IMG/VR virus record: IMGVR_UViG_3300010885_033832
Location: 1-64,000 of that record
DNA: 64,000 nt
Source: a virus
Direction: 5' to 3' (one strand)
The translations under genes were made by a program, and so were the position numbers. Positions 21,255 to 31,384 of this stretch are shown piece by piece. Positions within the stretch are counted from its first letter, which is position 1; each line of letters opens with the position of its first letter. A model generated the notes under the pieces. It did no database searches, was not told where the DNA came from, and saw only the letters and a program-made list of their open reading frames with translations.

Positions 21255-22283
21255 TTAGGGCGCTCCAGTTGGGCCTGTCTGCGCGACTACCACGTTGTCG
21301 ATGGCGTTGTCAGCGTTGTAGTTGACGTTTCCAGGAACGTTGATAGCGATGTCGCTGTCAAGAGATCCTGTTGCAACTTCGGCGTAGGATCCGTAGCTCG
21401 TGACGGTTCCAGTGTCCGTGCCAGGTGCTGCAATAGTAGCTGTCTTGGCAACGGTGAAGGTAGTCGTCGTAGGAACAGTTGCAATGGTGTAGGTTCCATT
21501 GACGGTGGTACTTGTACCTGCCGCGATAGTTACCTCCTCACCAACGCGGAATCCGTGTGCGCCATCCGTGGTGACGGTAGTAACGCTACCAGCAGCAGTA
21601 ACGTTAGTGATCGTGTCAGTAACACCCCACGTGTAGAAGCCCTTGAGTCCGGTTGGAGCCCATGTCGAACGTGCGTACGAGTAGGGACGGTCCGAAGCCT
21701 GTGGGAACTCCCAGCGGTTGTCGGGTCCGAAGTCAAACGCAATGTTTCCAAGGCCGTAACCTTCGAATGTCGTTGCGAGCATTCCGTTCTCGATAACGCG
21801 GTCGCCCGACTGACGGAGCTTGGCGAATGGGAAAACCCAGTGGAAGTAGGGGTACGAAGCAGCCTTACGTCCATCCTTGATGGCAATCGACCAAGCTTCA
21901 ATGGAAACACCGTTACCAGCAGGGTCGTCTCCAACGCCGGGAGCAGCCCAACCAATGGACTGTACTGCCGATCCGGTGTTCTTGCGAAGCAAGAGTCCAC
22001 CAGAGAGGAGGGCCGAGAGTTCGGGGTCGGGCTCACAGATAGCGAGTTCCATTGTGATGCGCTTGAGTGTGTCGGGGGACTTGTATGTCACGCAGACAGC
22101 ACCGTTGGCGCTCTTTTCCGTGAATTCGTCACCTTCTTCATACTCGGGGGTGAACGATACGCGCATAAACGCGGATGTGGTGTATGAGTCACCAGCACCG
22201 TTCAGAAGGTTGCCGTTGGCATCGAGGCGGGTAACACGAATGGCAACACCTTGAATGCTGGCGGCGTAGTCTTGAGTAGCCAT
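21255..22283 (-). CDS. Major tail protein with a C-terminal beta-barrel (HGF) accessory domain
   Basis: SIQGVAIRVTRLD-NG, EEGDEFTEKSANG-VCV motifs; one complete TVTT--AHGF-VG...NGTYTI...TFT repeat. Confidence 0.85.
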   Translation of the reverse strand: MATQDYAASIQGVAIRVTRLDANGNLLNGAGDSYTTSAFMRVSFTPEYEEGDEFTEKSANGAVCVTYKSPDTLKRITMELAICEPDPELSALLSGGLLLRKNTGSAVQSIGWAAPGVGDDPAGNGVSIEAWSIAIKDGRKAASYPYFHWVFPFAKLRQSGDRVIENGMLATTFEGYGLGNIAFDFGPDNRWEFPQASDRPYSYARSTWAPTGLKGFYTWGVTDTITNVTAAGSVTTVTTDGAHGFRVGEEVTIAAGTSTTVNGTYTIATVPTTTTFTVAKTATIAAPGTDTGTVTSYGSYAEVATGSLDSDIAINVPGNVNYNADNAIDNVVVAQTGPTGAP

Positions 22284-22310
22284 GTAGCTATTCTCCTTAT
22301 TTGTTGTAGG

Positions 22311-23210
22311 TTAGGCCGCTGTCAGATCAACTCGAACAGCGAGGTGGATCGAAGTGTCAAAGAAGACCGATGCGGATCGGTATGCCTTGATCTTCATGTC
22401 ATTTGCATTTCCCGACACGTCATAGCCCTGGGCCAGTGTGTCGTTGACGACCTCAGGCTTACCGAGGTGAACTCGGAGTGTGCCTGTGGCGTACATCCAT
22501 TTGTTGGTGTCGGTAGCCGAAGCTCCCGTTGCGCCAACGGGTCCAGCGCCGGAGTACCCCGAGCCAATAATGACTGGAGTTCCACCCATTGTCTGGTGGT
22601 GGTCTTTTCCCTTTTCGTGGAACAGCATCTGGCTGTTCGAACTCAGAAGAGCTGCAACATCGCGAGTCATGTGAATAAACCCTTGCTCACCAAATGGCGA
22701 GACGTCCCCAATGTAGTGCTCAAGCAAGGCAAGAGCGCGCTTGGGAGAGAGAGCAGTCCCAGAGTTGAGAGTGGTAACCGTCGAGGCCTTGGTGAGATAT
22801 GGGTTAACGAGGGATTCTCCCTGAGCAATCGTACCGCTCCAAAGTTCGGTTTCAACGGCTTTCTGTGTTCCAGCTTCAAGCTGGCGAATAACACGAGCAA
22901 AACGATCTTCGGCAACGAGACCAAGAGTAGAAGCGTCGTCCTCTACTTCAATAAAGAATGGACGAATTTGAGCGATAAATCGATCTGCCCTACGAGCACC
23001 TGAATCAGGGCCGTGGATAACGTCATCAGTGTCACTGGTAATGTCCCAGTTGGTGAAGGCATAGGGAGAAGATTCAAGAATTTGTGCGTAGCCGCGTTCC
23101 CAGCGCTCGTCGTAGTCGCGCGAAGCGTGGGTGATTGGGGGAACCGCAGCGAAGAGTCCGAACTGAGTCGGCTCGAGGGGAAGTGCCGGGTGGACTCCAT
23201 TGAATGCCAT
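22311..23210 (-). CDS. Second capsid protein (pentamer-type major capsid protein)
   Basis: 299 aa directly after the MCP; FGLF, PFFIE, E-ELWSG, GFIH, GTPVIIGSGY and WMYATG pattern resembles the actinophage 'major capsid pentamer' family as I recall it. Confidence 0.65.
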   Translation of the reverse strand: MAFNGVHPALPLEPTQFGLFAAVPPITHASRDYDERWERGYAQILESSPYAFTNWDITSDTDDVIHGPDSGARRADRFIAQIRPFFIEVEDDASTLGLVAEDRFARVIRQLEAGTQKAVETELWSGTIAQGESLVNPYLTKASTVTTLNSGTALSPKRALALLEHYIGDVSPFGEQGFIHMTRDVAALLSSNSQMLFHEKGKDHHQTMGGTPVIIGSGYSGAGPVGATGASATDTNKWMYATGTLRVHLGKPEVVNDTLAQGYDVSGNANDMKIKAYRSASVFFDTSIHLAVRVDLTAA

Positions 23211-23249
23211 TTGGTTCTTTCCTTAAGGTCTGATCTTGTGTGGGGAGTC

Positions 23250-23273
23250 CCCCAGGGGCCGAAGCCCCTGGGG
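23250..23273 (-). terminator. Hairpin with UUCG loop after the major capsid gene
   Basis: CCCCAGGGGC-CGAA-GCCCCTGGGG (loop reads TTCG on the minus strand). Confidence 0.7.
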
Positions 23274-23303
23274 AACAACCACGGGGTGGTTACCTATCGA
23301 GGA

Positions 23304-25307
23304 TTAGTACTCGATGGTTGCTGCAGCCGTGCCACCAGTGGTGTCGCGGAGTGCTGCGGCGGTACCGTTGACGTTGATCGTCGAGGTGATGGCGAGAGAC
23401 TCGACACCAACCTTGGCGACGCCTTCGAAGGTTTCAACGAACATCTTGTAGTCGTTGGTTCCGACGAGGGTCGAGTCACGGATGATACCGAGGTCGAGGG
23501 TTCCACCGTCAAGGAAGACGAAGGTTCCTTCAGCAAACAGGTACCAAACGAACGAGTCAGGGAACTCGAGGAGTGCAGCAGCACTCTGCGAGCCGAAGAC
23601 CGACGAGTCGAACGAGGCAACGAGCGTCACGTTCGAGGTGGCAAGGTATCCGTTGATTTCTGACATCGAGATCGAGATTGTACCGTCACCAGGCATCGAC
23701 AGCGTGAGGTCTGCTGCGATTGCGTCATATACCCAGTCAGGGATGATGGCGCGAAGCTGGGTGCTGGTCTCGATACGGTGACGCGAGCGGTAAGCTGCGG
23801 CCGCACGACGGATCTGAACGAGGAAGTCGCGACCAAAGCCGATGAGGCTTGTGGTTGTGACTGCTGTCGAGTCAGTTGCGATACGCGAGAGCAGGTTCTG
23901 CTCTGCCTCACGAGCGTGCTGGATCAAGCCAAGCTCGTTGTGGCGAGCGAGGAGCTCGGGGTACGCACGGGTGAACAGGTTACCAAACTGCATCTGCAGA
24001 GTAACAGCGTCGGTGACGGCTGTAAGCTCAGCAGCAGCAGTAACGGTCAACGACAACTTCGACGCAGGCGAAGGAGTTGTTGCTGAGTCGTTAGCAGCGG
24101 TCCACACACCAACAGCGTTAGCGTAGGAGCTAAGTACTGGAGGAGTGACGTAGCGAACGCCGCCACGGTCTGCCTGGAAACGGGGGAGTGAGTCGCGGAC
24201 AGGACGCATGTTCGTTCCAAGTCCAAAGACGTCGTACTTTACCTCGAGAGGCGTTGCAAATCCACCGGAAGCGATAAGAGCTTCTGGGCCAACAACTGCT
24301 TGGATCTTTGCGCGGTTCTCTTCGGGGTCCGAGCTCAAAACGCGAGAGTCGGGGTACTGGGTCGAGAGGGATGCAACAATGTGCTGTTCTCCATCTCCAC
24401 CATTGACGCGACGGAGGGTGTGCAGGCGCTTTTCAAAAGCCTGTGCCACCTCCGACATGTCTGTAAGGGTGCTTCCAGCCGTGTAGCCAGGGATGTCCGC
24501 GCCCGCTGTGATAGCAACGGGTGCTGCGGGTGCAGCCTGAGCAACTGGACGGCGGTCTGCTGGAGCTTCGAAAGCTCCTTCTGCTGCGGCGGTCACGGGT
24601 GCCTCTTCCTGCGCCTCGGGCGCAATGTCGGTGATTTCTTCGGTTGGTGCCTCAGCCTCTTCAGCACCCTCGACGGAAGCAACAACTGCTTCTTCGCCAG
24701 CGGGAGCCTCTTCGGCAGGGGCGGGTTCTGCTGTTTCAGCAGGGACGACTTCCTCATCAGTTGAGAATTCAGCAACAGGAGCATCGACATCAGCCGATCC
24801 ATCCAGTACTTCTTCAACAACTTCGGGTTCTTCATCCGTCGAGAATTCGGCATTCTCATCGGAGACAGTCGATGCCTCAGACATTTTGTCTTTCTTGTCC
24901 TCTTCGGGCATGGTCATTGGAGCTTCTTCTTCTACAACGATCTCTTCCTCAGTTGGAGCGGTGGGCTCTTCGGTCTCTTCTACCATTTCTGGTTCAGTAG
25001 CCATTGGGGCTTCCTCTTCTTCCTCGGCGGGGATCATCTCTTCAGATTCTCCATCACCATATACTCGATTAGTGGCTTCGGCGGCCATGGAAACAAGTTC
25101 CTCAGCCTGCGCCTCACGGCGCTGTACCTCACCACGGACGGTCTCTAGCATGTCCGCTAGAGTTGTCATGGCATCCACTGACTCAGGTGTGAGATCGCCG
25201 TTCTCGTCGATAGACTCGAACTCGGTGATGATGCCCGCCTGAAGCTCCGAGACTTGCTCGTCGTTCAGTTCGGACAGTCGGTCCAGTTGGTTCTTAAAAG
25301 AATCCAC
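23304..25307 (-). CDS. Major capsid (hexamer-type) protein with fused acidic N-terminal scaffold region
   Basis: 667 aa; ~260-aa E/A/P-rich N-terminus; RPVRDSLPRF--DRGG and LDLGIIRDSTL--TNDY-MFVETFEG capsid motifs; GGAG RBS. Confidence 0.88.
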   Translation of the reverse strand: MDSFKNQLDRLSELNDEQVSELQAGIITEFESIDENGDLTPESVDAMTTLADMLETVRGEVQRREAQAEELVSMAAEATNRVYGDGESEEMIPAEEEEEAPMATEPEMVEETEEPTAPTEEEIVVEEEAPMTMPEEDKKDKMSEASTVSDENAEFSTDEEPEVVEEVLDGSADVDAPVAEFSTDEEVVPAETAEPAPAEEAPAGEEAVVASVEGAEEAEAPTEEITDIAPEAQEEAPVTAAAEGAFEAPADRRPVAQAAPAAPVAITAGADIPGYTAGSTLTDMSEVAQAFEKRLHTLRRVNGGDGEQHIVASLSTQYPDSRVLSSDPEENRAKIQAVVGPEALIASGGFATPLEVKYDVFGLGTNMRPVRDSLPRFQADRGGVRYVTPPVLSSYANAVGVWTAANDSATTPSPASKLSLTVTAAAELTAVTDAVTLQMQFGNLFTRAYPELLARHNELGLIQHAREAEQNLLSRIATDSTAVTTTSLIGFGRDFLVQIRRAAAAYRSRHRIETSTQLRAIIPDWVYDAIAADLTLSMPGDGTISISMSEINGYLATSNVTLVASFDSSVFGSQSAAALLEFPDSFVWYLFAEGTFVFLDGGTLDLGIIRDSTLVGTNDYKMFVETFEGVAKVGVESLAITSTINVNGTAAALRDTTGGTAAATIEY

Positions 25308-25427
25308 TGTACCTCTCCTTAGGTCAGTCGGCAGACGGGATGTCTACCTGGGGGATATAGTCTGAGGCGTAGGGACTATCATCATCGATGCAGGCGCTAC
25401 ACCCTTCTTACTAATTGTAACTTATTA

Positions 25428-28319
25428 TTAAGTTAGCAATCGAAGCAAACGATTCATCTGCGATGAAATATCTGCTTGACTGTATACATCCGATCCTGCT
25501 TGGAAACCTTTCAGTTCCCGGGTAGCAATATCGGCGTCCTCTTTCCCAATTTTATCTTCGACACGGGTTACCATGTCGTCCATCAACTTCTTCAGCGTAG
25601 GGGGAAGATCGCTGTAGCGAACTTTCTGCGCTTGGTTGTCAAATGGGAGAGGAAGATTTGCAATCGCTTTTCCAAGTTCTGTTGTGGAAGAGCGAACATT
25701 TTCGAGGGAGTCGGCGTTTAGTGCGCCAGCATCAAGACGATCAATGATGTCAATGAGGTCCTTTGAGGCCATAACGGAACCCAAGTAGTTTCCAGTGTTG
25801 TCAAGGTTCTCAATGTCTTCAATTTTTTGAAGAACATCTTGACTACCTGAGTCTCCAAGGTCTTGCTTCAGTCGAGCAAGAACCTGACGGAATCGACCCT
25901 GAGCATCACGAGGCTGAGTCTTGGGTGTGTACTTGACACGACCATCGTTCTTTCCCTCTTTGGCATCGATGATGTCCTGAATGTTGACACCAGGGAGGAG
26001 AATCTCCAACTGCTTGGGGTCAACCTCAGTAAGGTCAGGAGTGTTTCCGGCACGGATTTGGCGAACAGCCTCAATAACTGCATCTCCACTAGCAGAGGCC
26101 AAGATTGTCGCACGGTTACGCATTGACTCAAGACTGGCGGTGATGGAGTCTGAGGCCGCAGTCTTCCATTTTTCAGGAATCATCTTTGCTTCACCCAGCG
26201 CACGAGCGCGCTTGGCGATGTGCTTACGAACCTTGGCTTGGTCAGACTTCTTAGCGCGACCATATGCTTGGATGGCGTTCTTCAGGTCTGAGGCATTACG
26301 GATTGGATATGAGCCATCTGGAAGAGCCTGACCCTTGTCAGCAAGAGTCTCGCGCTCTTTTGAGGTAAACTTGGCAAACTCTGTAATAGCCGAGAGTTCG
26401 CGAACGCGCTGGACAATGTCGCCCGCGCTAGCCGTGAGGCCAGCCTCGAGGATACCCTGCTTGGAGAGAGATGCAAAGAACATGTCGTAGTTCTCTTCCT
26501 CCATCTCGTAGGGCTCTTCGGTCTTTTCAGAACGCTCTTCTTCGTACTCGTGCTTCTCATAGTTAGCGAGTGATACGCGCAACTGCCATGCCCACTTCTG
26601 GTGCATTTCAATGCGTCCACCAATGAAGTTGGTAATACCCTGCTCATTGACTTCATTTGCCACGTCAAAGACGGCCTTGAGAAGTCCAACAACACTTTCG
26701 TTGACTTCATGAAGATCAGCCACCATATCTTGAGGCGTTGCGTCACTACCGAGGGTAGACTCACCAAACTGACTCATTTTAGCAAAAGTAGCAAGATCAA
26801 AAGGAGCCTTGTATCCAAGCTTTCGGATATTCTCCGCAAGTGGATCAAGTGATTCTTCGACATCTTCATAAATTTCATCAAAGAGAGCGTGAAACTGTGG
26901 GAAGTCATTTCCTTCAACGTTCCAGTGGTAGCCCTTAACCTTGGCCGCAAAGACAGATACATCAGCGAGGGTCTGCTGGAGAATCTCAGCCAGACGTCCA
27001 TCAATCTTAGGAGCGTAGGACTTCATCTTCTTGTCAGCAAAGTCAACCCGAGCTTTTTCGGCAGCTGCTGTAAGAGCATTGCGCTCTTTTGTTTCGATGC
27101 GTGCAATGCGCTCGTGAAGCTCGTCAACGGGATTGGACTTCATACGAGCGAGAGTGGCAGCCCCAGCAGCAACCAGAGCCATGACCTGACCTGAGGCAAC
27201 GCGGGCACGAGCAATTGGGAAGCCGGGAACATTGACCTGGCATACGGCTACAAGCTCAAGTGAGCCGCGGATCGGACGCCAGTCACCCGAAGGTGCCGAC
27301 GCGCGAAGGGCACGAACCTGCTCAGGCTGGACTCCGGGGCGAAGTGCTCCAGCAACCCAGATTCCATAGCGGTCCTCGCCAGCGTGGACATCGGCAACGG
27401 CGCTCGCCGTGTCATCGTAGTGCTTGATGGCTTCGGCTGCTGATGCGGTAAGGTCGGCGTGTCCACCAGCGAGAGTGAGCTGACCAACAGGAACATCTGT
27501 TCCTCCGTCGGTGCGGATAACTCCAGTGTGGAAGAATCCATAGTCACTACGACTACGAGGTGGCTTAGTACCAAAGGGAAGACCAATGTGGTCGGTATCC
27601 CATGACGCAATGTGTCCGTATACATGACCGTCGTCAGAAACAGTAAGTGGGGTCGCCCTTTCAAGGCGTGGGTTTTCGAACCACATTGTGGGTGGTACGA
27701 CGGGGATCTGCTGAGCAACCATGCCGCACGCCACTAATGACGCGGCATCCATGGGGTCAGCATCGTCGGCGTATACGCCATCTGTCAACACAGTTTCCTC
27801 CTGAGTATAAGCTTCTTGCCCTTCATCGGCAAGAGCAATTTGACACTCTTGAAAAGCGGGCTTTGATACTATTGTAACCGCCATTACACGAGCCTTATTT
27901 ACAACAATTTTGTCTTTCTCGATTTTGTCCGGTTTCTTGGCCATATCCGAGACGTCTTTATCTTTTTCCTTGCGATTGTCTTCCGCTTCAAAGCGATCCA
28001 TGTCCGCAGAAACACCGCGCAGGAAACCGTTTCGGACGAGGCGCTCGGCCTCACGTCCATATGGGCCGTCATCGAAAGTGCCGTAGCAGTTTCCAATTCC
28101 GTTCTCAGTGCGTTCCATTTGATCGATGCGACCAACAACTACCGAACCATCGTGACCAGAGCCAGTCTTAATCTGCCACAGAAGCGGGAGGGGTAGTTCA
28201 CGAATCTCAATGGCGTCCTTGCGGAACATACGACCATCGCCAGACTCAACCTCCTCAGGGATAACAAGAGGAATAATAAACTTAGACCCGTTCATGCGAA
28301 TTTCACTGTCGTCGTGCAT
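25428..28319 (-). CDS. Capsid maturation protease polyprotein with an internal Dps/ferritin-like domain
   Basis: N-terminal protease-like region (E-ESGDGR, LPLPLLWQ, GH-GSVVVGRI, GVSAD, VTIV--PAF); second domain with SGDWR; Dps motif KGYHWNVEG-DF-QFH-LFDE-Y...D-LAE at ~26565-26995; LPDGSYPI domain. Confidence 0.85.
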   Translation of the reverse strand: MHDDSEIRMNGSKFIIPLVIPEEVESGDGRMFRKDAIEIRELPLPLLWQIKTGSGHDGSVVVGRIDQMERTENGIGNCYGTFDDGPYGREAERLVRNGFLRGVSADMDRFEAEDNRKEKDKDVSDMAKKPDKIEKDKIVVNKARVMAVTIVSKPAFQECQIALADEGQEAYTQEETVLTDGVYADDADPMDAASLVACGMVAQQIPVVPPTMWFENPRLERATPLTVSDDGHVYGHIASWDTDHIGLPFGTKPPRSRSDYGFFHTGVIRTDGGTDVPVGQLTLAGGHADLTASAAEAIKHYDDTASAVADVHAGEDRYGIWVAGALRPGVQPEQVRALRASAPSGDWRPIRGSLELVAVCQVNVPGFPIARARVASGQVMALVAAGAATLARMKSNPVDELHERIARIETKERNALTAAAEKARVDFADKKMKSYAPKIDGRLAEILQQTLADVSVFAAKVKGYHWNVEGNDFPQFHALFDEIYEDVEESLDPLAENIRKLGYKAPFDLATFAKMSQFGESTLGSDATPQDMVADLHEVNESVVGLLKAVFDVANEVNEQGITNFIGGRIEMHQKWAWQLRVSLANYEKHEYEEERSEKTEEPYEMEEENYDMFFASLSKQGILEAGLTASAGDIVQRVRELSAITEFAKFTSKERETLADKGQALPDGSYPIRNASDLKNAIQAYGRAKKSDQAKVRKHIAKRARALGEAKMIPEKWKTAASDSITASLESMRNRATILASASGDAVIEAVRQIRAGNTPDLTEVDPKQLEILLPGVNIQDIIDAKEGKNDGRVKYTPKTQPRDAQGRFRQVLARLKQDLGDSGSQDVLQKIEDIENLDNTGNYLGSVMASKDLIDIIDRLDAGALNADSLENVRSSTTELGKAIANLPLPFDNQAQKVRYSDLPPTLKKLMDDMVTRVEDKIGKEDADIATRELKGFQAGSDVYSQADISSQMNRLLRLLT

Positions 28320-31063
28320 TACTCTGCTCCTTCTTCCGCGTAAGCGCTAAATACCTTGGCTTTGACGTAGTCATTGCCATTGAGGTAGTTGCCGACACAT
28401 CGGTGGTGGCCATCGATAAGTTTGTAGCCTTCGTCGTCTTTCCAGACCTTGACAGGCTTGTCCGAAGTGTAGTTACGCCCGACTCTACGCATGTTGACAC
28501 TCTTCTGGGTAGGGATGAGATCCATAAACAAGATTTCTTCAATCTGATCTGAGTCACCATCTTCGACCATAACGCGAATAGATTCTGGGACCTCTACACG
28601 ATCAAGGTTGAAATAGTTAGCGGTGCTGGAGTTGTAGTCGTCACCAACGGTCTGGATCTGCCCGCCTGCACGGAGCGCAGACATACGTTGCACTAAATCG
28701 TCACGCTCAGCACGAAGGACAGCCGCAGTGAGAACTTGCTCTTCCGATACAAGGTATGTGGCGTCATCAATTATTCCGGCCTCGTGGTTACGCTTGTCAC
28801 CAGGCCAGTAGCCGTTCATTTCCTTGTGACGGAGAGCACAGTACCCCTTGGCGCGAGGGCCCATGTACTTGCGAAGGTTACGAACACAGCGAGTCCAGTC
28901 GCCGGGTGTCGTCCAGCGGATCTTGAGCCCGCCGCGACCAATGGTCCAGTATCGACGAAGTTCTTCGGCATTGCCGCGGTTGCGGTCAAGACCGCCCGCT
29001 GCCGTAACAGGGACGCTGGGTCCGAGTAAGACGGCGAGAGCAACAGAGGCAGCCATAGGCTTGTTGGGATCTTCCTCTTTTTTAACTCCGTGGCTTGAAT
29101 CAACCTGCTTGAGTACGTCGTTAAGCGTGTCATTATCGAGGGGGACAACGGGAGGAGGCGTTGTAGAGTTGAGTTCAGCAAGGCTCTGTGGGTCGCGGTT
29201 CCACTTTCCATCTTTGCGGGTGTAGACCATGGGCTGGCTCGACTGCGAGCTGGCGGGGATCAGGCTGATTAGTTTGAGAACAGCGCGGGGGTCATTGGAG
29301 TCAACGATAGCCATATACATAGGCTGAACGTCGGTGGTCTTGGGGGTAAGTTCTTGCTCGGGGTCTTTGTTGACACCAGCAGCAGTAATGGGGTTGTACC
29401 AAATGCTATTCTTGACACCTAAACCGCTAGTTCTTTTGAGCCAATTCTTGAGGAGCGGGTGGTAGTCAGGAGTTGTCTCCATCTCCTTGCCAACCTTGCG
29501 CTCAAGCTTCTCGCCGTAGGCTCCCTTTCCTCGGTAGCCCTTGTCTTGGACATCAATCTGAGGAACATCCATTGGGACGTAGTTATCACGCTGGGACTGA
29601 ACCCATGCAGGCCAGTCGCGGAGGATTTGCTGAAGGTCTTGGCTTGTCAGGCGAGGGAGTGTTCCGGGGAGGACGGCGTCGGGGTTAAGTCCCGAGTCGC
29701 GAGGCTCACCAAGAATCCCACTTGTGTCTAGTTGAGGAGATTCAGTCTGCGCGGCTACAGGAGCTGACTCGGCAGGTGAAGCCGAAGGAGCTCCTTCAGC
29801 AGTTGGGAGCATGGTTTTAGCAGGAGCAACACTCTTACCGGGGACGTTTACCTCGGTACCGTTATCCATCTGGACAGTGACGGAGCCACGAGAAGGATCG
29901 ATAGCGGTGATGTTACCCTGACGCGATGAGTCGCCGTCAATGGTTACGCGAGTCCCAGTCTTGGCAAACTTTCCAGTAGCGTCGCGGACCTGCTTTGACG
30001 CTTTCTGCGATCGCTCTTCAGGAGTGTAAACGCCGTCTTGATTGGTAACTGGCTCCCCAGCAGCGGTAAGGCTGTCGATGAAAGACCAATCAATTTCGTA
30101 GACGGCACTAGCAGCCAGTGTGGCCTCTTCAAGGTCAAGGTCTTCGAGACCGACAAACTGATGGGGACGGTACGTTAGTGAGGCAGCAATAGCAATAGCA
30201 GATTCTGGATCAACATCAAAGTGACTGACCTCAGGGTAGTGCTCTGCCTCCGAATCCATAATCTCGTCGATGTAGTAGATATTGGTATGTGGGTTTCCAA
30301 GATCGTCCCACTGGCCGTCGTCCCACATATAGGTGCGACCATCGAGATCTACTTTGTAGAGTCGATCGATGCCTGATCCGTCGTGGTGGAGGCGCACAAT
30401 AAAGTGTGGAATAATTTCTTCGACTTCGGTCTTGGCAAGCATGAAGTCGGAAAGCTCAGTAGTTGGGTGGATGTAGATGGGTTCGTACATCGGAGTTGCG
30501 TAACCATCGGCGCGGATAGCGGCCTTGTTCTCGCGCTCTACAATTGCTCGCGCCCAACGCCATGCTGGATCGCCACCCCACAAAGCCCATGCAATGCGTC
30601 CGTTGCTGGGGAATCCGTCTTCTCCTGGCGACCAGCCCTTGCCCTTTTTGTCAACTTCGTGACGGGGGAAATACTTAGCAATGTGGCGGACCTTCTCAAT
30701 GCCGATCTGTCCACCCTTAGCAAGAGTGCGGGCAGTGTTGACGCCGACAGGCGTACCACCGCGCTTCTCTTCTTTGCGCCATTCGAGGGCTTTTTTAGCT
30801 TCTTCTTGTGCGGTCTTGGGGATAGTGTAGAGCCGAGATTTGCCCGCAGCGGTGATAGAAACATCAAGAGTAGTCAGAGCTGAGTTGGCTAATTCAGTGG
30901 CAGGGCCCGCGTAATAGGGTTCTTCCCAGCCAGATTGAGACATCTTTACAACTTCAAAGTTGCCGGAAGCAACGACCACATTTAAAGAGGAGTCGATGAC
31001 GACTCCCTTTGATCCGTTGTTATACAGAAGTAAATCTCTGTACTGCCCGACTAGCTCTGTCAA
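28319..31063 (-). CDS. Multidomain head-associated protein with C-terminal ParB/Srx-like domain
   Basis: 914 aa; RIAWALWGG domain, QVRDATGKF plus SH3-like barrel, W-TPGDWTRC...KGYC domain, PTQ...LIDGHHR ParB/Srx motif. Confidence 0.7.
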   Translation of the reverse strand: MTELVGQYRDLLLYNNGSKGVVIDSSLNVVVASGNFEVVKMSQSGWEEPYYAGPATELANSALTTLDVSITAAGKSRLYTIPKTAQEEAKKALEWRKEEKRGGTPVGVNTARTLAKGGQIGIEKVRHIAKYFPRHEVDKKGKGWSPGEDGFPSNGRIAWALWGGDPAWRWARAIVERENKAAIRADGYATPMYEPIYIHPTTELSDFMLAKTEVEEIIPHFIVRLHHDGSGIDRLYKVDLDGRTYMWDDGQWDDLGNPHTNIYYIDEIMDSEAEHYPEVSHFDVDPESAIAIAASLTYRPHQFVGLEDLDLEEATLAASAVYEIDWSFIDSLTAAGEPVTNQDGVYTPEERSQKASKQVRDATGKFAKTGTRVTIDGDSSRQGNITAIDPSRGSVTVQMDNGTEVNVPGKSVAPAKTMLPTAEGAPSASPAESAPVAAQTESPQLDTSGILGEPRDSGLNPDAVLPGTLPRLTSQDLQQILRDWPAWVQSQRDNYVPMDVPQIDVQDKGYRGKGAYGEKLERKVGKEMETTPDYHPLLKNWLKRTSGLGVKNSIWYNPITAAGVNKDPEQELTPKTTDVQPMYMAIVDSNDPRAVLKLISLIPASSQSSQPMVYTRKDGKWNRDPQSLAELNSTTPPPVVPLDNDTLNDVLKQVDSSHGVKKEEDPNKPMAASVALAVLLGPSVPVTAAGGLDRNRGNAEELRRYWTIGRGGLKIRWTTPGDWTRCVRNLRKYMGPRAKGYCALRHKEMNGYWPGDKRNHEAGIIDDATYLVSEEQVLTAAVLRAERDDLVQRMSALRAGGQIQTVGDDYNSSTANYFNLDRVEVPESIRVMVEDGDSDQIEEILFMDLIPTQKSVNMRRVGRNYTSDKPVKVWKDDEGYKLIDGHHRCVGNYLNGNDYVKAKVFSAYAEEGAE

Positions 31064-31099
31064 AATAATCCCTCGCTGTTTGGATACAGTCTTATTACT

Positions 31100-31375
31100 T
31101 TATTTTACCGCTGATTTGTCGTCGCCACTAAACTTTCTTGAGGCGTCAAACAATTCCATCTTTAGTGGCGAGAGCGGGAAGTCTGGGTCATTAATTTCCC
31201 GAGTTTCGAGGTCGAGAATAAAGCGTTGATCCTCTTCAGGGAGTTCCTCAAATGTCTGGTATCGAGCCTTCTGGGCGCGACCTTTGATCTCCATAAACTG
31301 GATATTTAGTTCAGGGAAGAACAGGCGGACGGCAGAACCTGACCACCCAAGTCGGCGTGCTAAGTCTGGACTCAT
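31100..31375 (-). CDS. Hypothetical protein (91 aa)
   Basis: GGAG RBS; fits between the giant gene and the 914-aa gene. Confidence 0.65.
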   Translation of the reverse strand: MSPDLARRLGWSGSAVRLFFPELNIQFMEIKGRAQKARYQTFEELPEEDQRFILDLETREINDPDFPLSPLKMELFDASRKFSGDDKSAVK

Positions 31376-31384
31376 TATCTACTC

